64,000 nt of DNA from Candidatus Eiseniibacteriota bacterium. GTDB taxonomy: Bacteria; Eisenbacteria; RBG-16-71-46. The notes under the pieces were generated by a model that worked only from the letters and a program-made list of their open reading frames with translations, had not been told where the DNA came from and made no database searches. Positions within the stretch are counted from its first letter, which is position 1. Every line of letters begins with the position of its first letter. Made by a program: the position numbers and the translations under genes. This document shows positions 1-9,879 of the stretch, piece by piece. Location of the stretch: contig CAVZLN010000004.1 in NCBI GenBank assembly GCA_963776245.1, positions 160,001 through 224,000 of the forward strand, written 5' to 3'.

Positions 1-441
1 GCCGCGGTGGCCGCGCTCGAGGACCAGGCGCTGTGGCACGAGCGCGACCTCAGCCACTCGGCGGTCGAGCGCATCATCCTGCCGGACGCGTTCCTCGCCG
101 CCGACTACATGAGCGCGGAGCTGGCGGCCGTGCTGGAAGGACTGCGGGTGTACCCGGAGCGCATGCGGGCCAACCTGGAATCGGGGGGCGGGCTGGTGTG
201 CTCGCAGCGCGTGCTGCTCGCGCTGACCGAGGCCGGGATGGGGCGCGACGAGGCCTACCGCGTGGTGCAGCGCCACGCCCTCGCGACGCTCGACCGCGGG
301 GTGTCGTTCCGTTCCGGGCTCGAGGACGATGCCGACGTGGCGGCGCGGCTGTCCCGCGCGCAGCTGGCCGCGTGCTTCGAGCTGGCGCCGTTCTTCCGCC
401 ACGTCGGGGAGCTGTTCGCGCGCGCCGGGAGACCGGCATGA
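1..441 (+). CDS. purB: Adenylosuccinate lyase, C-terminal part (5' truncated by window)
   Basis: ALWHERDLSHSAVERIILPD motif and the C-terminal SQRVLLAL...GMGRDEAYRVVQ segment; directly upstream of purL. Confidence 0.95.
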   Translation, partial: AAVAALEDQALWHERDLSHSAVERIILPDAFLAADYMSAELAAVLEGLRVYPERMRANLESGGGLVCSQRVLLALTEAGMGRDEAYRVVQRHALATLDRGVSFRSGLEDDADVAARLSRAQLAACFELAPFFRHVGELFARAGRPA

Positions 442-2789
442 GCGTGCTGACCGCCGCCGCGCCGGCGTGGACGTCGGAGGAAGCGCGCGACCCGGCCCGC
501 GTCTCGGCGCAGCTCCAGTCGGTGGGGGTGGTGCTCGAGCCGGACGAGGTCACGCGGCTGGGGCACCTGCTCGGGCGGCCGCCGCGCTGGGCGGAGGCGG
601 TGCTGTTCGGCATCCTGTGGAGCGAACACTGCTCCTACAAGTCCACGCGGCACCTGCTCATGCGCCTGCCGACCTCGGCGCCGCAGGTCCTCCTCGGTCC
701 GGGCGAGGACGCCGGGGTGGTGGCGCTGCCCGCACCGTGCGAGGACATGGCCCTGGTGCTGGCGCACGAGAGCCACAACCACCCGAGCCAGGTGCTGCCG
801 GTCGAGGGCGCGGCCACCGGCGTCGGCGGGATCGTGCGCGACGTGGGCTGCATGGGCGCCGAGGTGGTGGGCGTCCTCGACGCGCTGCGCTTCGGGGACC
901 CCGGCGGCGACGTACACGCGCGCGACGTGGCGCGCGGCGTGGTGCAGGGCATCGCGGACTACGGCAACGCGCTCGGCGTGCCGAACCTGGGCGGCGACGT
1001 GGTCTTCGCGCGCGGATTCGACCGGCATTGTCTGGTCAACGTGATGGCGGTGGGGCTGGCCCGGCGCGACGCGCTGCTGCGCAGCCGGGTGCCCGAGGGC
1101 GATGGCCCGTGGGTGTTCGTGGTGGTGGGCAAGCCCACCGACGAGAGCGGATTCGGGGGCGCCGCGTTCGCGTCAGGCGAGCTGGACGGCGACCAGCGGG
1201 GCGCCGTCCAGCTGCCGGACCCGTTCCTGAAGCGGGTGCTCCACATGGCGAACGCCGAGGCCTTCCGCCGCGTGCGCGAACGCGGCATCCGGGCCGGGTT
1301 CAAGGACCTCGGCGCCGGCGGCGTGGCGTGCGCGACCAGCGAGCTCGCCGCGGCCGGCGGGCGCGGCGCCGATCTGGTGCTCGACGATCTGCATCGCGTG
1401 TCGCGCGCGCTGGCCCCGGAGGTGCTCCTCAACGCGGAGACCCAGGAACGATTCTGCTGGGTGGTGCCCGAGGCGTTCGCGCCCGAGCTCGTCGAGGTGT
1501 ACACGCGCGAATTCGCGCTCGGAGACATCCACCCCGGCGCGGGCGCGAGCGTCATCGGACGCGCCAACGATCGGGGCGAGTACCGCGTCACGTGGCGTGG
1601 GGAGGTGGTGGTGGAGTGCGCCGTGGAGGCCATCACCGCCGGCCGGGCGGCGCCGCGCGCGGCCACGCGCCGCGACCCGGCCCCGCCCGCGCGCCCGGTG
1701 AAGTCCCACCCGCCGGCGCGCGACGCGCTCCTGCGCTTGCTGAAGTCTCCGGCGGGCGCGTCGCGTGAGTACCTGTACCGTCACTACGACAGCGAGGTCC
1801 AGGGGCGCACCTGGCTGCGTCCCGGCGAGGCCGACGCGAGCGTGATCCGCGCTCACCCGGCGCGGCCGCTGGGGCTGGCGTTCGCGGTCGGAGGGAACCC
1901 GTTCTGGTGCGCGGCGGACCCCGAGCTGGGCGCCCGACACGCAGTGGCCGAGGCGGCGCGCAACGTCGCGTGCGCCGGGGGACGGCCGTGGGCGCTGACC
2001 GACTGCCTCAACTTCGGCCACCCCGGGGACGAGACCGTGATGGGCGACCTCGAGGCGTCGATCGACGGGCTGGCGGCCGCGGCGGAGGCGCTCGGCGGGC
2101 TCGCGGCGGTCGGGCATCCGCTCCCGTTCGTGAGTGGGAACGTCAGCCTCCACAACCAGACCGGCGCGGACGCCGTGCCGCCATCGCCGATCGTGATGTG
2201 CGCGGGCGTGGTGGCCGACATCGCCCGTGCCACGGGCATCGCGGTGCGTGAGCCGGGTGGCTTCCTGGTGTTCGTGGGCGAGCCGCGCGACACGCTCAGC
2301 GGCTCCGCGTACCTGCGCGACGTGCTGCGACGCGCCGCCGGCGCGCCCCCTCCGCTCGACCTCGGCCGCGAGGCGCGGCTGCAGGATCTCGCGGTGCGGG
2401 CGGCGGAAGGCGGCTGGGTGCGCGCCGCGCACGACGTGAGCGACGGCGGCCTGATCCTGGCCCTGGCGGAGATGGCGCTCGCGGCCCCCCCGGAGAGCGG
2501 CCTCGGGATCGACACCGACCTCGCCACCCTCGAGGCCCCGCTGCCGCTGGCGCTCTTCAGCGAACGCGTCGGGATCGTGTTCGAGGTGCCGGCCGAGCGC
2601 GCGGCGCGCCTGTTCCAGGCGGCGCGCGATCGCGCGCTGCTGGCGTGGCCGATCGGCTCGGTGAGCGCCCGGCCCGTGCTGCGCGCGCTGGCCGGGGACG
2701 GCCGCGCCCTCGAGTGGACGCTTGAGGAGCTGCGCGCGGCGGCGGCGGCGCCTCTGCGGCGGCTGTGGAACGAGGAGGCGAGCCGATGA
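438..2789 (+). CDS. purL: Phosphoribosylformylglycinamidine synthase subunit PurL (small type)
   Basis: WSEHCSYK, ESHNHPS, GAATGVGGIVRD, DLGAGG, TDCLNFG, SGNVSL and HDVSDGG motifs; ATG at 438 overlaps the purB stop (ATGA). Confidence 0.95.
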   Translation: MSVLTAAAPAWTSEEARDPARVSAQLQSVGVVLEPDEVTRLGHLLGRPPRWAEAVLFGILWSEHCSYKSTRHLLMRLPTSAPQVLLGPGEDAGVVALPAPCEDMALVLAHESHNHPSQVLPVEGAATGVGGIVRDVGCMGAEVVGVLDALRFGDPGGDVHARDVARGVVQGIADYGNALGVPNLGGDVVFARGFDRHCLVNVMAVGLARRDALLRSRVPEGDGPWVFVVVGKPTDESGFGGAAFASGELDGDQRGAVQLPDPFLKRVLHMANAEAFRRVRERGIRAGFKDLGAGGVACATSELAAAGGRGADLVLDDLHRVSRALAPEVLLNAETQERFCWVVPEAFAPELVEVYTREFALGDIHPGAGASVIGRANDRGEYRVTWRGEVVVECAVEAITAGRAAPRAATRRDPAPPARPVKSHPPARDALLRLLKSPAGASREYLYRHYDSEVQGRTWLRPGEADASVIRAHPARPLGLAFAVGGNPFWCAADPELGARHAVAEAARNVACAGGRPWALTDCLNFGHPGDETVMGDLEASIDGLAAAAEALGGLAAVGHPLPFVSGNVSLHNQTGADAVPPSPIVMCAGVVADIARATGIAVREPGGFLVFVGEPRDTLSGSAYLRDVLRRAAGAPPPLDLGREARLQDLAVRAAEGGWVRAAHDVSDGGLILALAEMALAAPPESGLGIDTDLATLEAPLPLALFSERVGIVFEVPAERAARLFQAARDRALLAWPIGSVSARPVLRALAGDGRALEWTLEELRAAAAAPLRRLWNEEASR

Positions 2790-3595
2790 TTGCGCGCGTC
2801 GCGGTGGTGCGCTTCCCGGGCGCGAACTGTGAGGCCGAGACCGTCCGGGCGCTGACGCGGGCGGGCCTCGAGGCCGAGATCATCCTGTGGACGCGGCCGG
2901 CTGCGGACCTGGAGCGCTTCGACGCGTACGTGCTGCCCGGCGGCTTCTCCTACCAGGACCGCGTCCGCGCCGGCGCGCTGGCGGCCAAGGACCCGCTGCT
3001 CGAGGTGCTCGCCGCGGGCGCGGCGCGGGGCAAACCGGTGCTCGGGATCTGCAACGGCGCGCAGGTGCTGGTCGAAGCCGGCCTGGTGCCGGGAGGGGGC
3101 CGCGTCGACCTGGCGCTGGCGCGCAACCGCATGGCCGACCGGAGCGGGTACTTCGCGCGCTGGGTGTACGTGCGGGTCGAGGCCTCGGACTGCGTGTTCA
3201 TGCGCGCGCTGGCGCCGGGCACGCTGGTCCCGCTGCCGGTGGCGCACGGGGAGGGACGCTTCACCGCCCGCGAGGCCACGCGGCTGCCGGCGCTGCTGGC
3301 GGCCGGACAGGTGCCGTTGCGCTACGCCACGCCCGAAGGCGAGCCCGCGGAGGGCTCCCCCGCGAACCCGAACGGCTCGGAGAGCGCCGCCGCCGCGGTC
3401 TGCAACGCGGCGGGCAACGTGCTCGCGATGATGCCTCACCCGGAGCGCGCGCAGGATCTCGGGGGCATCGCGCGCGTCATCGGCGGAGCGTGGGGGCGGC
3501 GGCGCGACCGTTCGCTCGAGGCCGGCGAGCACCAGGCGCCGGGCCCCGGGCTGCTGTTCTTCGACGGCCTCCGCCGTCACCTCGAGGAGGCGTGA
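2786..3595 (+). CDS. purQ: FGAM synthase glutaminase subunit PurQ
   Basis: FPGANC, LPGGFSYQD, GICNGAQ (catalytic Cys), AHGEG, NPNGS and MPHPER motifs. Confidence 0.95.
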   Translation: MIARVAVVRFPGANCEAETVRALTRAGLEAEIILWTRPAADLERFDAYVLPGGFSYQDRVRAGALAAKDPLLEVLAAGAARGKPVLGICNGAQVLVEAGLVPGGGRVDLALARNRMADRSGYFARWVYVRVEASDCVFMRALAPGTLVPLPVAHGEGRFTAREATRLPALLAAGQVPLRYATPEGEPAEGSPANPNGSESAAAAVCNAAGNVLAMMPHPERAQDLGGIARVIGGAWGRRRDRSLEAGEHQAPGPGLLFFDGLRRHLEEA

Positions 3596-4183
3596 TGGAA
3601 ATCCCGCGGCCCGCGCGCACCACGGCCCAGGTGTGGGTGGAGCTGGCGTCGCACGACCCGGAAGCGGTGTCGACGCTCGCGGTCGCGCGCGCCCGCCTGG
3701 CGGCCGGCGAGGGCCTCGAGGGCCTGCGCCGGGCGCGTCTGTTCGAGCTCACCGGCGCGCTGCCCGACGCGCTCCGAGATCGAAGCGCTGCTCCACCGCT
3801 CGAGCCAGTTCTACAACCCGCACAAGGAGCGGTGCACCGTGCGCCTCGCGGGGGGCGACCCGGCGCCGGTCCGCGACCGGGAGCGCGTGGTCGTCGTGGT
3901 GGAGCGCGGGGGGGAGCGCCGCGGCGCCGCCGAGCGCTGGTGGCGGCATCAGACCGGCTGCGCCATCCAGGTGCGCGAAGGGGTGGCGTGGGTGCTGCGC
4001 TTCGCGCCGGGGGTGGATGCCGACGACTGCGCGTCGGACCTCGCCCGGGTGCGCGATCGCGGGCACGGGCTGCTCTCCAACCCGCACGCGCAGGACGCGC
4101 GCGTCTCGGGTGCTGACGTGGCGCTGCCGTGCCTCACCGCCCCGCGCCGCGCCCGGCGGCGCGCTGCGTCGGAGCCGTCATGA
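3595..4183 (+). CDS. Probable tandem (two-domain) PurS-like protein, with one +1 frameshift near 3770
   Basis: Two PurS-like repeats: VWVEL..HDPEA...RLFEL...FYNPHKE and VVVVE...VREGVAWVL...LLSNPHAQ. Start and stop overlap purQ and purF. The reading continues across two frames. Confidence 0.6.
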
Positions 4184-5622
4184 ACCCGCCGCCGGGACCG
4201 CGGCACTGGCGCGAGGAGTGCGGCGTGTTCGCGGCGGTCGGCGTCCCGCGGGCGGCCGAGGTGGTGGCGCTCGGCCTGCACGCGCTCCAGCACCGCGGTC
4301 AGGAGGCGACCGGGATCGTCTCGAGCGATGAGGCCGGGGACTTCCACAGCCACAAGGGCCTCGGCCTGGTCTCCGACGTCTACCGCGGGTTCGACTTCGG
4401 CCGGCTGCCGGGCGCGCTCGCCATCGGGCACAACCGCTACTCCACCGCGGGCGGGCTGTCGCTCGAGAACACGCAGCCGCTGCGCGTCGTGTACCGCGGC
4501 GGGCCGCTGGCGCTCGCGCACAATGGGAACCTGGTCAACGCGCGGGACCTGCGCGAGGGTCTCGAGGGCTCGGGGTCGATCTTCCAGACCACGCTCGACA
4601 CCGAGATCTTCCTGCATCTAATGGCGCTTTCGAACGCCGAGCGCGAGGAGGAGGCGCTGCTGGATGCCGCGCGCCAGGTGAGCGGGGCGTACTCGCTCGT
4701 GGTGCTCGCGCGCGACGCGGTGTACGCCCTGCGCGATCCCCACGGGTTCCGCCCGCTGTGCCTTGGACGGCTGGCCGACGGCTATGTGGCCGCGAGCGAG
4801 ACCTGCGCGCTCGACCTGGTGGGGGCCGACCTGCTGCGGGACGTCGAACCGGGCGAGCTGGTGCGCATCGACCCGCACGGCATCCGCGCCCGGCGCGCGC
4901 TCCCGGCGGCGGAGCCGCTGCAGCAGTGCATCTTCGAGCACATCTACTTCTCCCGCCCCGACAGCCGGGTGTTCGGCGAGAGCGTGGACCGGGTGCGCCG
5001 GCGGATCGGCCACCGGCTGGCCGAGGAGCATCCGGTCGCGGCCGATCTCGTGATCGCGGTGCCGGACTCGAGCAACTCCATCGCGCTGGGCTTCAGCGAG
5101 CGCTCCGGGACGCGCTTCGAGCTCGGCCTGATCCGCAATCACTACGTCGGGCGCACGTTCATCCAGCCGCTCCAGGCCGGCCGCGATTCGAGCGTGCGCG
5201 TGAAGTTCAACCCGGTCCGCGAGATCCTCGACGGGCAGCGGGTGGTGGTGGTGGACGACTCCATCGTGCGGGGCACCACCAGCCGCAAGCTGGTGCGCCT
5301 GCTGCGGCGTGCCGGCGCGCGCGAGGTGCACTTCCGCGTCGGCTCGCCCCCGGTCACCCATCCCTGCTTCTACGGCATCGACACGCCCAGCCGCCGCGAG
5401 CTGATCGGCGCGCTCAAGACCGTGGACGAGATCCGCGACTACCTCGGGGTGGATTCGCTCGGATACCTGTCGCTCGACGGCCTGCTCGCCTGCGAGCGGG
5501 ACCGCGCCCCATTCTGTCGCGCGTGTTTCGACGGGCGCTACCCGCTGCCGGTGGACGCGCGCAGCGGCAAGCTGGCGCTCGAGGACCTGCACCGCGGCGC
5601 GGGGACGGGCCGCACGCGCTGA
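4180..5622 (+). CDS. purF: Amidophosphoribosyltransferase
   Basis: Propeptide followed by EECGVF (N-terminal Cys nucleophile), LQHRGQE, GHNRYST, HNGN, VDDSIVRGTT and PCFYGID. Confidence 0.97.
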   Translation: MNPPPGPRHWREECGVFAAVGVPRAAEVVALGLHALQHRGQEATGIVSSDEAGDFHSHKGLGLVSDVYRGFDFGRLPGALAIGHNRYSTAGGLSLENTQPLRVVYRGGPLALAHNGNLVNARDLREGLEGSGSIFQTTLDTEIFLHLMALSNAEREEEALLDAARQVSGAYSLVVLARDAVYALRDPHGFRPLCLGRLADGYVAASETCALDLVGADLLRDVEPGELVRIDPHGIRARRALPAAEPLQQCIFEHIYFSRPDSRVFGESVDRVRRRIGHRLAEEHPVAADLVIAVPDSSNSIALGFSERSGTRFELGLIRNHYVGRTFIQPLQAGRDSSVRVKFNPVREILDGQRVVVVDDSIVRGTTSRKLVRLLRRAGAREVHFRVGSPPVTHPCFYGIDTPSRRELIGALKTVDEIRDYLGVDSLGYLSLDGLLACERDRAPFCRACFDGRYPLPVDARSGKLALEDLHRGAGTGRTR

Positions 5623-5724
5623 ACGGGGCACGGCGGACTTCGGGCCCCCGGGGAGCGAGGGTGCGCGCGAGGGAGCGCGGCCGCCGGCGCCGCGCGAGAC
5701 ACGGGGGCCCGGTTCGGGCGCCGC

Positions 5725-5753
5725 TTGACGCGCCCGCGCGCGCTTCCTAGAGT
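5725..5753 (+). promoter_or_regulatory. sigma70-type promoter for the lysS operon
   Basis: TTGACG-17 nt-TAGAGT, 57 nt upstream of the lysS ATG. Confidence 0.6.
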
Positions 5754-5809
5754 CGCCCGACTTCCCGACACCCCGGCCGCGCGCGACCGCGCCGTCCCCA
5801 GGAGAACGC

Positions 5810-7333
5810 ATGGCCCTGCAGGACCTGATGCGCCAGCGCCGCGAGAAGGCCGAGCGCTGGCGGGCGATGGGCGTGGAGCCCTACGCCTACCGTTACGACG
5901 CCACCCACCACGCCGCCGACCTGCTGGCCCGCGGCGAGGCCGTGACCACCGAGTTCGGCGAGCGGGTGCGCGTGGCGGGGCGCCTGATGACCATCCGCGG
6001 GCACGGCAAGGCCGGGTTCGCCCACCTGCTCGATGGCAGCGGCCGCATCCAGCTCTACTTCAAGGCCGACCACCTCGGCGAGGCGTTCGCCCGCTACGAG
6101 CTGCTCGACGTCGGCGACTGGATCGGGGCCGAGGGGCAGCTGTTCCGGACGCGCACGGGCGAGATCACCCTGCGCGTGGATGCCCTCGAGATCCTGGCGA
6201 AGTCGATGCGGCCGATGCCCGAGAAGTGGCATGGACTGCGCGATCCGGAGACCCGGTTCCGCCAGCGCTACGCCGACCTCTTCATGAACCTCGAGGTGCG
6301 CGAGATCTTCCGCCGCCGGGCGCGGCTGGTGTCGGCCCTGCGAGGGTTCCTCGACGGGCGCGGGTACCTGGAGGTCGAGACGCCGGTGCTCCAGCCGCTC
6401 TACGGGGGCGCGTTCGCGCGGCCGTTCGTGACCACCCACCACGCGCTCGACATGACGCTCTACCTGCGCATCTCGAACGAGCTCTACCTCAAGCGCCTGA
6501 TCGTCGGCGGCTTCGAGCGGGTGTACGAGTTCGCGCGCGACTTCCGCAACGAGGGCATGGACCGTTCGCACAATCCCGAGTTCACCATGCTCGAGTACTA
6601 CCAGGCGTTCGCGGACGTGCACGACATGATGAAGCTCACCGAGTCGCTGCTGGGGCACGCGGTGCGGGAGGCGAGCGGGGGCACCGCCCTCGAGTACCAG
6701 GGCGAGCGGATCGACTTCGCCCCGCCGTGGCCGCGGCTGTCGATGCTCGACGCGGTGAGCGCGCGGGTCGGGGAGCCGGTCCACGACCTCGACCCAGGGC
6801 GGCTCGAGCGGCTCGCCCGGGCCCATGCGATCGAGACGCGCCCGGGCACCGGGCCCGGGGGCCTGCTCGACGCGCTGTTCAGCGAGCTGGTCCAGCCCGA
6901 TCTGGTGCGGCCCACCTTCGTCGTCGACCATCCGCTCGAGACCTCACCGCTCGCGCGCGCGAGCCGTGAGAACGGCGCGGTCGTCGAGCGCTTCGAGTTG
7001 TTCGCGGCCCGCATGGAGATCGCCAACGCGTTCACGGAGCAGAACGACCCGATGGCGCAGGCGCGCGCGTTCGATGCCCAGATGGTGCGGCGGGCCGGCG
7101 GGGACGACGAGGCGCAGGTGATGGACCACGACTACGTGCGGGCGCTCGAGTACGGCATGCCGCCCACCGGGGGAGTCGGGATCGGCATCGACCGGCTCAC
7201 CATGCTGCTGACCGGCGCGCGCTCGATCCGCGAGGTCATCCTGTTCCCGACGCTGCGCCCGGAAGAGGGCCGCGCGGAGCTCGACGATGAGGACGCCGTC
7301 GCGGACGGCGGAGCCGGGCCGGACCCCGCGTGA
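5810..7333 (+). CDS. lysS: Lysine--tRNA ligase (class II)
   Basis: OB-fold anticodon domain, EVETP, ARPF, LYLRI..ELYLKRL, FRNEG...HNPEF and LEYGMPP.GG.GIGIDRL. Confidence 0.97.
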   Translation: MALQDLMRQRREKAERWRAMGVEPYAYRYDATHHAADLLARGEAVTTEFGERVRVAGRLMTIRGHGKAGFAHLLDGSGRIQLYFKADHLGEAFARYELLDVGDWIGAEGQLFRTRTGEITLRVDALEILAKSMRPMPEKWHGLRDPETRFRQRYADLFMNLEVREIFRRRARLVSALRGFLDGRGYLEVETPVLQPLYGGAFARPFVTTHHALDMTLYLRISNELYLKRLIVGGFERVYEFARDFRNEGMDRSHNPEFTMLEYYQAFADVHDMMKLTESLLGHAVREASGGTALEYQGERIDFAPPWPRLSMLDAVSARVGEPVHDLDPGRLERLARAHAIETRPGTGPGGLLDALFSELVQPDLVRPTFVVDHPLETSPLARASRENGAVVERFELFAARMEIANAFTEQNDPMAQARAFDAQMVRRAGGDDEAQVMDHDYVRALEYGMPPTGGVGIGIDRLTMLLTGARSIREVILFPTLRPEEGRAELDDEDAVADGGAGPDPA

Positions 7334-8607
7334 GGCTTTCGCTGTGGATCGCGGCGCGCTACCTGCGCACGCGGCGGCAGAGCGGATTCATCACCCTGCT
7401 CACCGGGATCTCGATCGGCGGCGTGGCGCTCGGCGTCACGGCCCTGCTCACCGTGCTGGCCGTGATGAACGGCTTCGAGAACGAGATCCAGACCCGGATC
7501 GCCGGGACCGACGCGCACGTCGTGCTGCTCGGCGGGGACACCGGCGGGGTCGCGGACGCGGACCGCATCACCGCGCGCGTGAAGCGCCTGCCGGGTGTCG
7601 CGGGCGTGGCCCCCTTCACGTACGCCAAGTCCATGATCGTGCACCGCGGGCTGAGCGAGGGGATGGTGGTCAAGGGGGTGGATCTGCGCGCCGAGCGCGC
7701 GGTCACCACCGTGGGGTCGAACATGCGCCCGGCGCTCGATTCGATCCCGACCCGCAGCCCGGCGGGCGAGCCCGGGATCGTGCTGGGATCGGAACTGGCG
7801 GCGCGGGTCGGCGCGCAGGTGGGTGACGTGGTGGTGCTCGCCTCGCTGGCGGGCGCGGAGCAGACCGCGTTCGGCTTCGCCCCGCGCCTGCGGCCCTTCC
7901 GGGTGGTGGGGTTGTTCACCTCCGGCCTCTACACCTACGACTCCGCGTTCGGCTTCACCTCGATCGCGGCCTCGCAGGAGTTCTACCAGCTCGGCGATCG
8001 CGTGACCGGGATCGAGGTGAGGCTCGACGACATGTTCGCCGCGCCGGCGATGGCGCGCGCCATCCTCGACTCGCTGGGCGCGATGCCCGGCACCGGCATC
8101 CCGCCCCTCACCGAGTCGGTGCTGGGCCTGCGCGCCAACAACTGGATCGAGCTCAACCGGAACCTGTTCACGTGGATGAAGCTCGAGAAGGCCGTGATGT
8201 TCGTGATCCTCGCGCTGATCGTGCTGGTGGCGGCGTTCAACATCGTCAGCACGCTCTTCATGGTGGTGCTCGAGAAGCGTCACGACATCGGCGTGCTCAA
8301 GGCGCTGGGCGCCACCCGGGCCATGATCCTCGAGATCTTCCTCGCCGAGGGGCTGCTCATCGGCGGGCTCGGCACCGGGGCCGGGGCGGCGCTCGGTTTC
8401 GCGCTGATCGAGGTGTTGCAGCGCTACCCGTTCGTGCGGCTCCCCGGCGACGTGTACTTCATCGAGCGGCTCCCGGTGCGACCGGAGGCGGGGGACTTCG
8501 CCGTCGTCATTCTTGCCGCCCTGGCGCTCTGTCTGGCCGCCGCGCTCTATCCCGCCTGGCGGGCCTCGTGCCTGGAGCCGGTCGACGCGATCCGGCGGCA
8601 GGCTTGA
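7330..8607 (+). CDS. lolE: Lipoprotein-releasing ABC transporter permease LolC/E family
   Basis: ISIGGVALGVTALLTVLAVMNGF, VAAFNIVSTL.M.V.EK..DIGVLKALGA and YPA..A..L.P; followed by lolD. Confidence 0.88.
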   Translation: MRLSLWIAARYLRTRRQSGFITLLTGISIGGVALGVTALLTVLAVMNGFENEIQTRIAGTDAHVVLLGGDTGGVADADRITARVKRLPGVAGVAPFTYAKSMIVHRGLSEGMVVKGVDLRAERAVTTVGSNMRPALDSIPTRSPAGEPGIVLGSELAARVGAQVGDVVVLASLAGAEQTAFGFAPRLRPFRVVGLFTSGLYTYDSAFGFTSIAASQEFYQLGDRVTGIEVRLDDMFAAPAMARAILDSLGAMPGTGIPPLTESVLGLRANNWIELNRNLFTWMKLEKAVMFVILALIVLVAAFNIVSTLFMVVLEKRHDIGVLKALGATRAMILEIFLAEGLLIGGLGTGAGAALGFALIEVLQRYPFVRLPGDVYFIERLPVRPEAGDFAVVILAALALCLAAALYPAWRASCLEPVDAIRRQA

Positions 8608-8645
8608 TGCGAGGCGCGAGATGAAGCACGGAAGGGGTTGATGTC

Positions 8646-9338
8646 ATGACGATTGGGACCGCCGAAGTCGTTCTGAGCGCGCACCGGATCGCCAAGTCGT
8701 ACGTGGGCCCGGGGGGGCGCCTGGAGGTCCTCACGGACGTGGATCTCGAGGTCTCGCGTGGCATGGTTCTGGCAATCGTGGGGAGGTCCGGATCGGGGAA
8801 GAGCACGCTGCTGAACATCCTCGGGACACTCGACCGTGCCGACGCGGGCACGCTGTCGATCCGTGGCGAGAGCATCGAGTCGCTCTCCGAGGTCGTCCTG
8901 GCGCGTTTCCGCGCCCGGCACCTCGGGTTCGTGTTCCAGTTCCATCACCTGCTGCCCGAGTTCACCGCCGAGGAGAACGTGATGATGCCGCTGCTCATCG
9001 CCGGCGAGCGTCCGGAGCGGGCGCGCGAGCGGGCGCGCGACGCGCTGGGCGCGGCGGGGCTGCGGGAACGCTGGGAGCACCGGCCGGCGCAGCTGTCCGG
9101 CGGGGAGGCCCAGCGGGTGGCGGTGGCGCGCGCGCTCGCGGGTTCGCCGGGGCTCGTGCTGGCCGACGAGCCGTCGGGGAACCTCGATCCGCGCGCCGCG
9201 GACGCTCTGCATGAACTGATGGGCGCGCTCGCGCGCGAGCGGCATCAGACGTTTGTGGTGGTGACGCACAATGATAGGCTGGCGGCGATCGCCGACCGCG
9301 TCCTCCGGCTGGAGGGCGGGCGGCTCGTCGAGGCGTGA
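8646..9338 (+). CDS. lolD: Lipoprotein-releasing ABC transporter ATP-binding protein
   Basis: [29 protein letters not shown] and LADEPSGNLD; adjacent to lolE. Confidence 0.88.
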   Translation: MTIGTAEVVLSAHRIAKSYVGPGGRLEVLTDVDLEVSRGMVLAIVGRSGSGKSTLLNILGTLDRADAGTLSIRGESIESLSEVVLARFRARHLGFVFQFHHLLPEFTAEENVMMPLLIAGERPERARERARDALGAAGLRERWEHRPAQLSGGEAQRVAVARALAGSPGLVLADEPSGNLDPRAADALHELMGALARERHQTFVVVTHNDRLAAIADRVLRLEGGRLVEA

Positions 9339-9351
9339 GGGACGCGACCGG

Positions 9352-9879
9352 ATGCTCTGCCAGATCTGCGGGAAGACCCCCGCGACGGTGCATTTCACCG
9401 AGATCCACGACAACAAGATGACCGAGATCCACGTGTGCGAACGCTGCGCCGAGGAGAAGGGGCTTCACAGCCCGGCGAAGAAGCACAAGTTCGACATCGC
9501 GGATCTGCTGGCCGGGATGGTCGACGGGATGACTTCGACCGAGGAGGAGCGCGTCGGGCACGTGCAGTGCCCGCACTGCGGCCTGCTCTACTCCGGCTTC
9601 CGCGAGACCGGCCGGCTCGGCTGCGCGGAGTGCTACACCGCGTTCCAGTTCCAGTTGCGCCCGCTGCTGCGGCGCATCCACGGCGACACCCGGCACCGGG
9701 GCAAGACCCCGGCCCGCGACGGCGCCGGGGTGTCGCGCTCGCGGCAGATCCAGCGCCTGCACGACGAACTCCAGCGCGCGGTCGAGCGCGAGGACTTCGA
9801 GCGGGCGGCCCAGCTGCGCGACGACATCAAGCGGCTCGAGACCGAGACGCGCGCCGCCGCGGGGGAGGCCCGCTCGTGA
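9352..9879 (+). CDS. mcsA: Protein-arginine kinase activator McsA
   Basis: Four CxxC motifs (CQIC, CERC, CPHC, CAEC), H.G..H.GK.P, and a C-terminal UVR coil (EDFERAAQLRDDI). Confidence 0.92.
   Translation: MLCQICGKTPATVHFTEIHDNKMTEIHVCERCAEEKGLHSPAKKHKFDIADLLAGMVDGMTSTEEERVGHVQCPHCGLLYSGFRETGRLGCAECYTAFQFQLRPLLRRIHGDTRHRGKTPARDGAGVSRSRQIQRLHDELQRAVEREDFERAAQLRDDIKRLETETRAAAGEARS

Noticed and set aside
5641..5711. 10-bp inverted repeat CGGGCCCCCG/CGGGGGCCCG after purF as an ncRNA or miniature mobile element
   Set aside because: All-GC repeat in a GC-rich genome, single copy, with no SRP or riboswitch motif and no target-site duplication seen.
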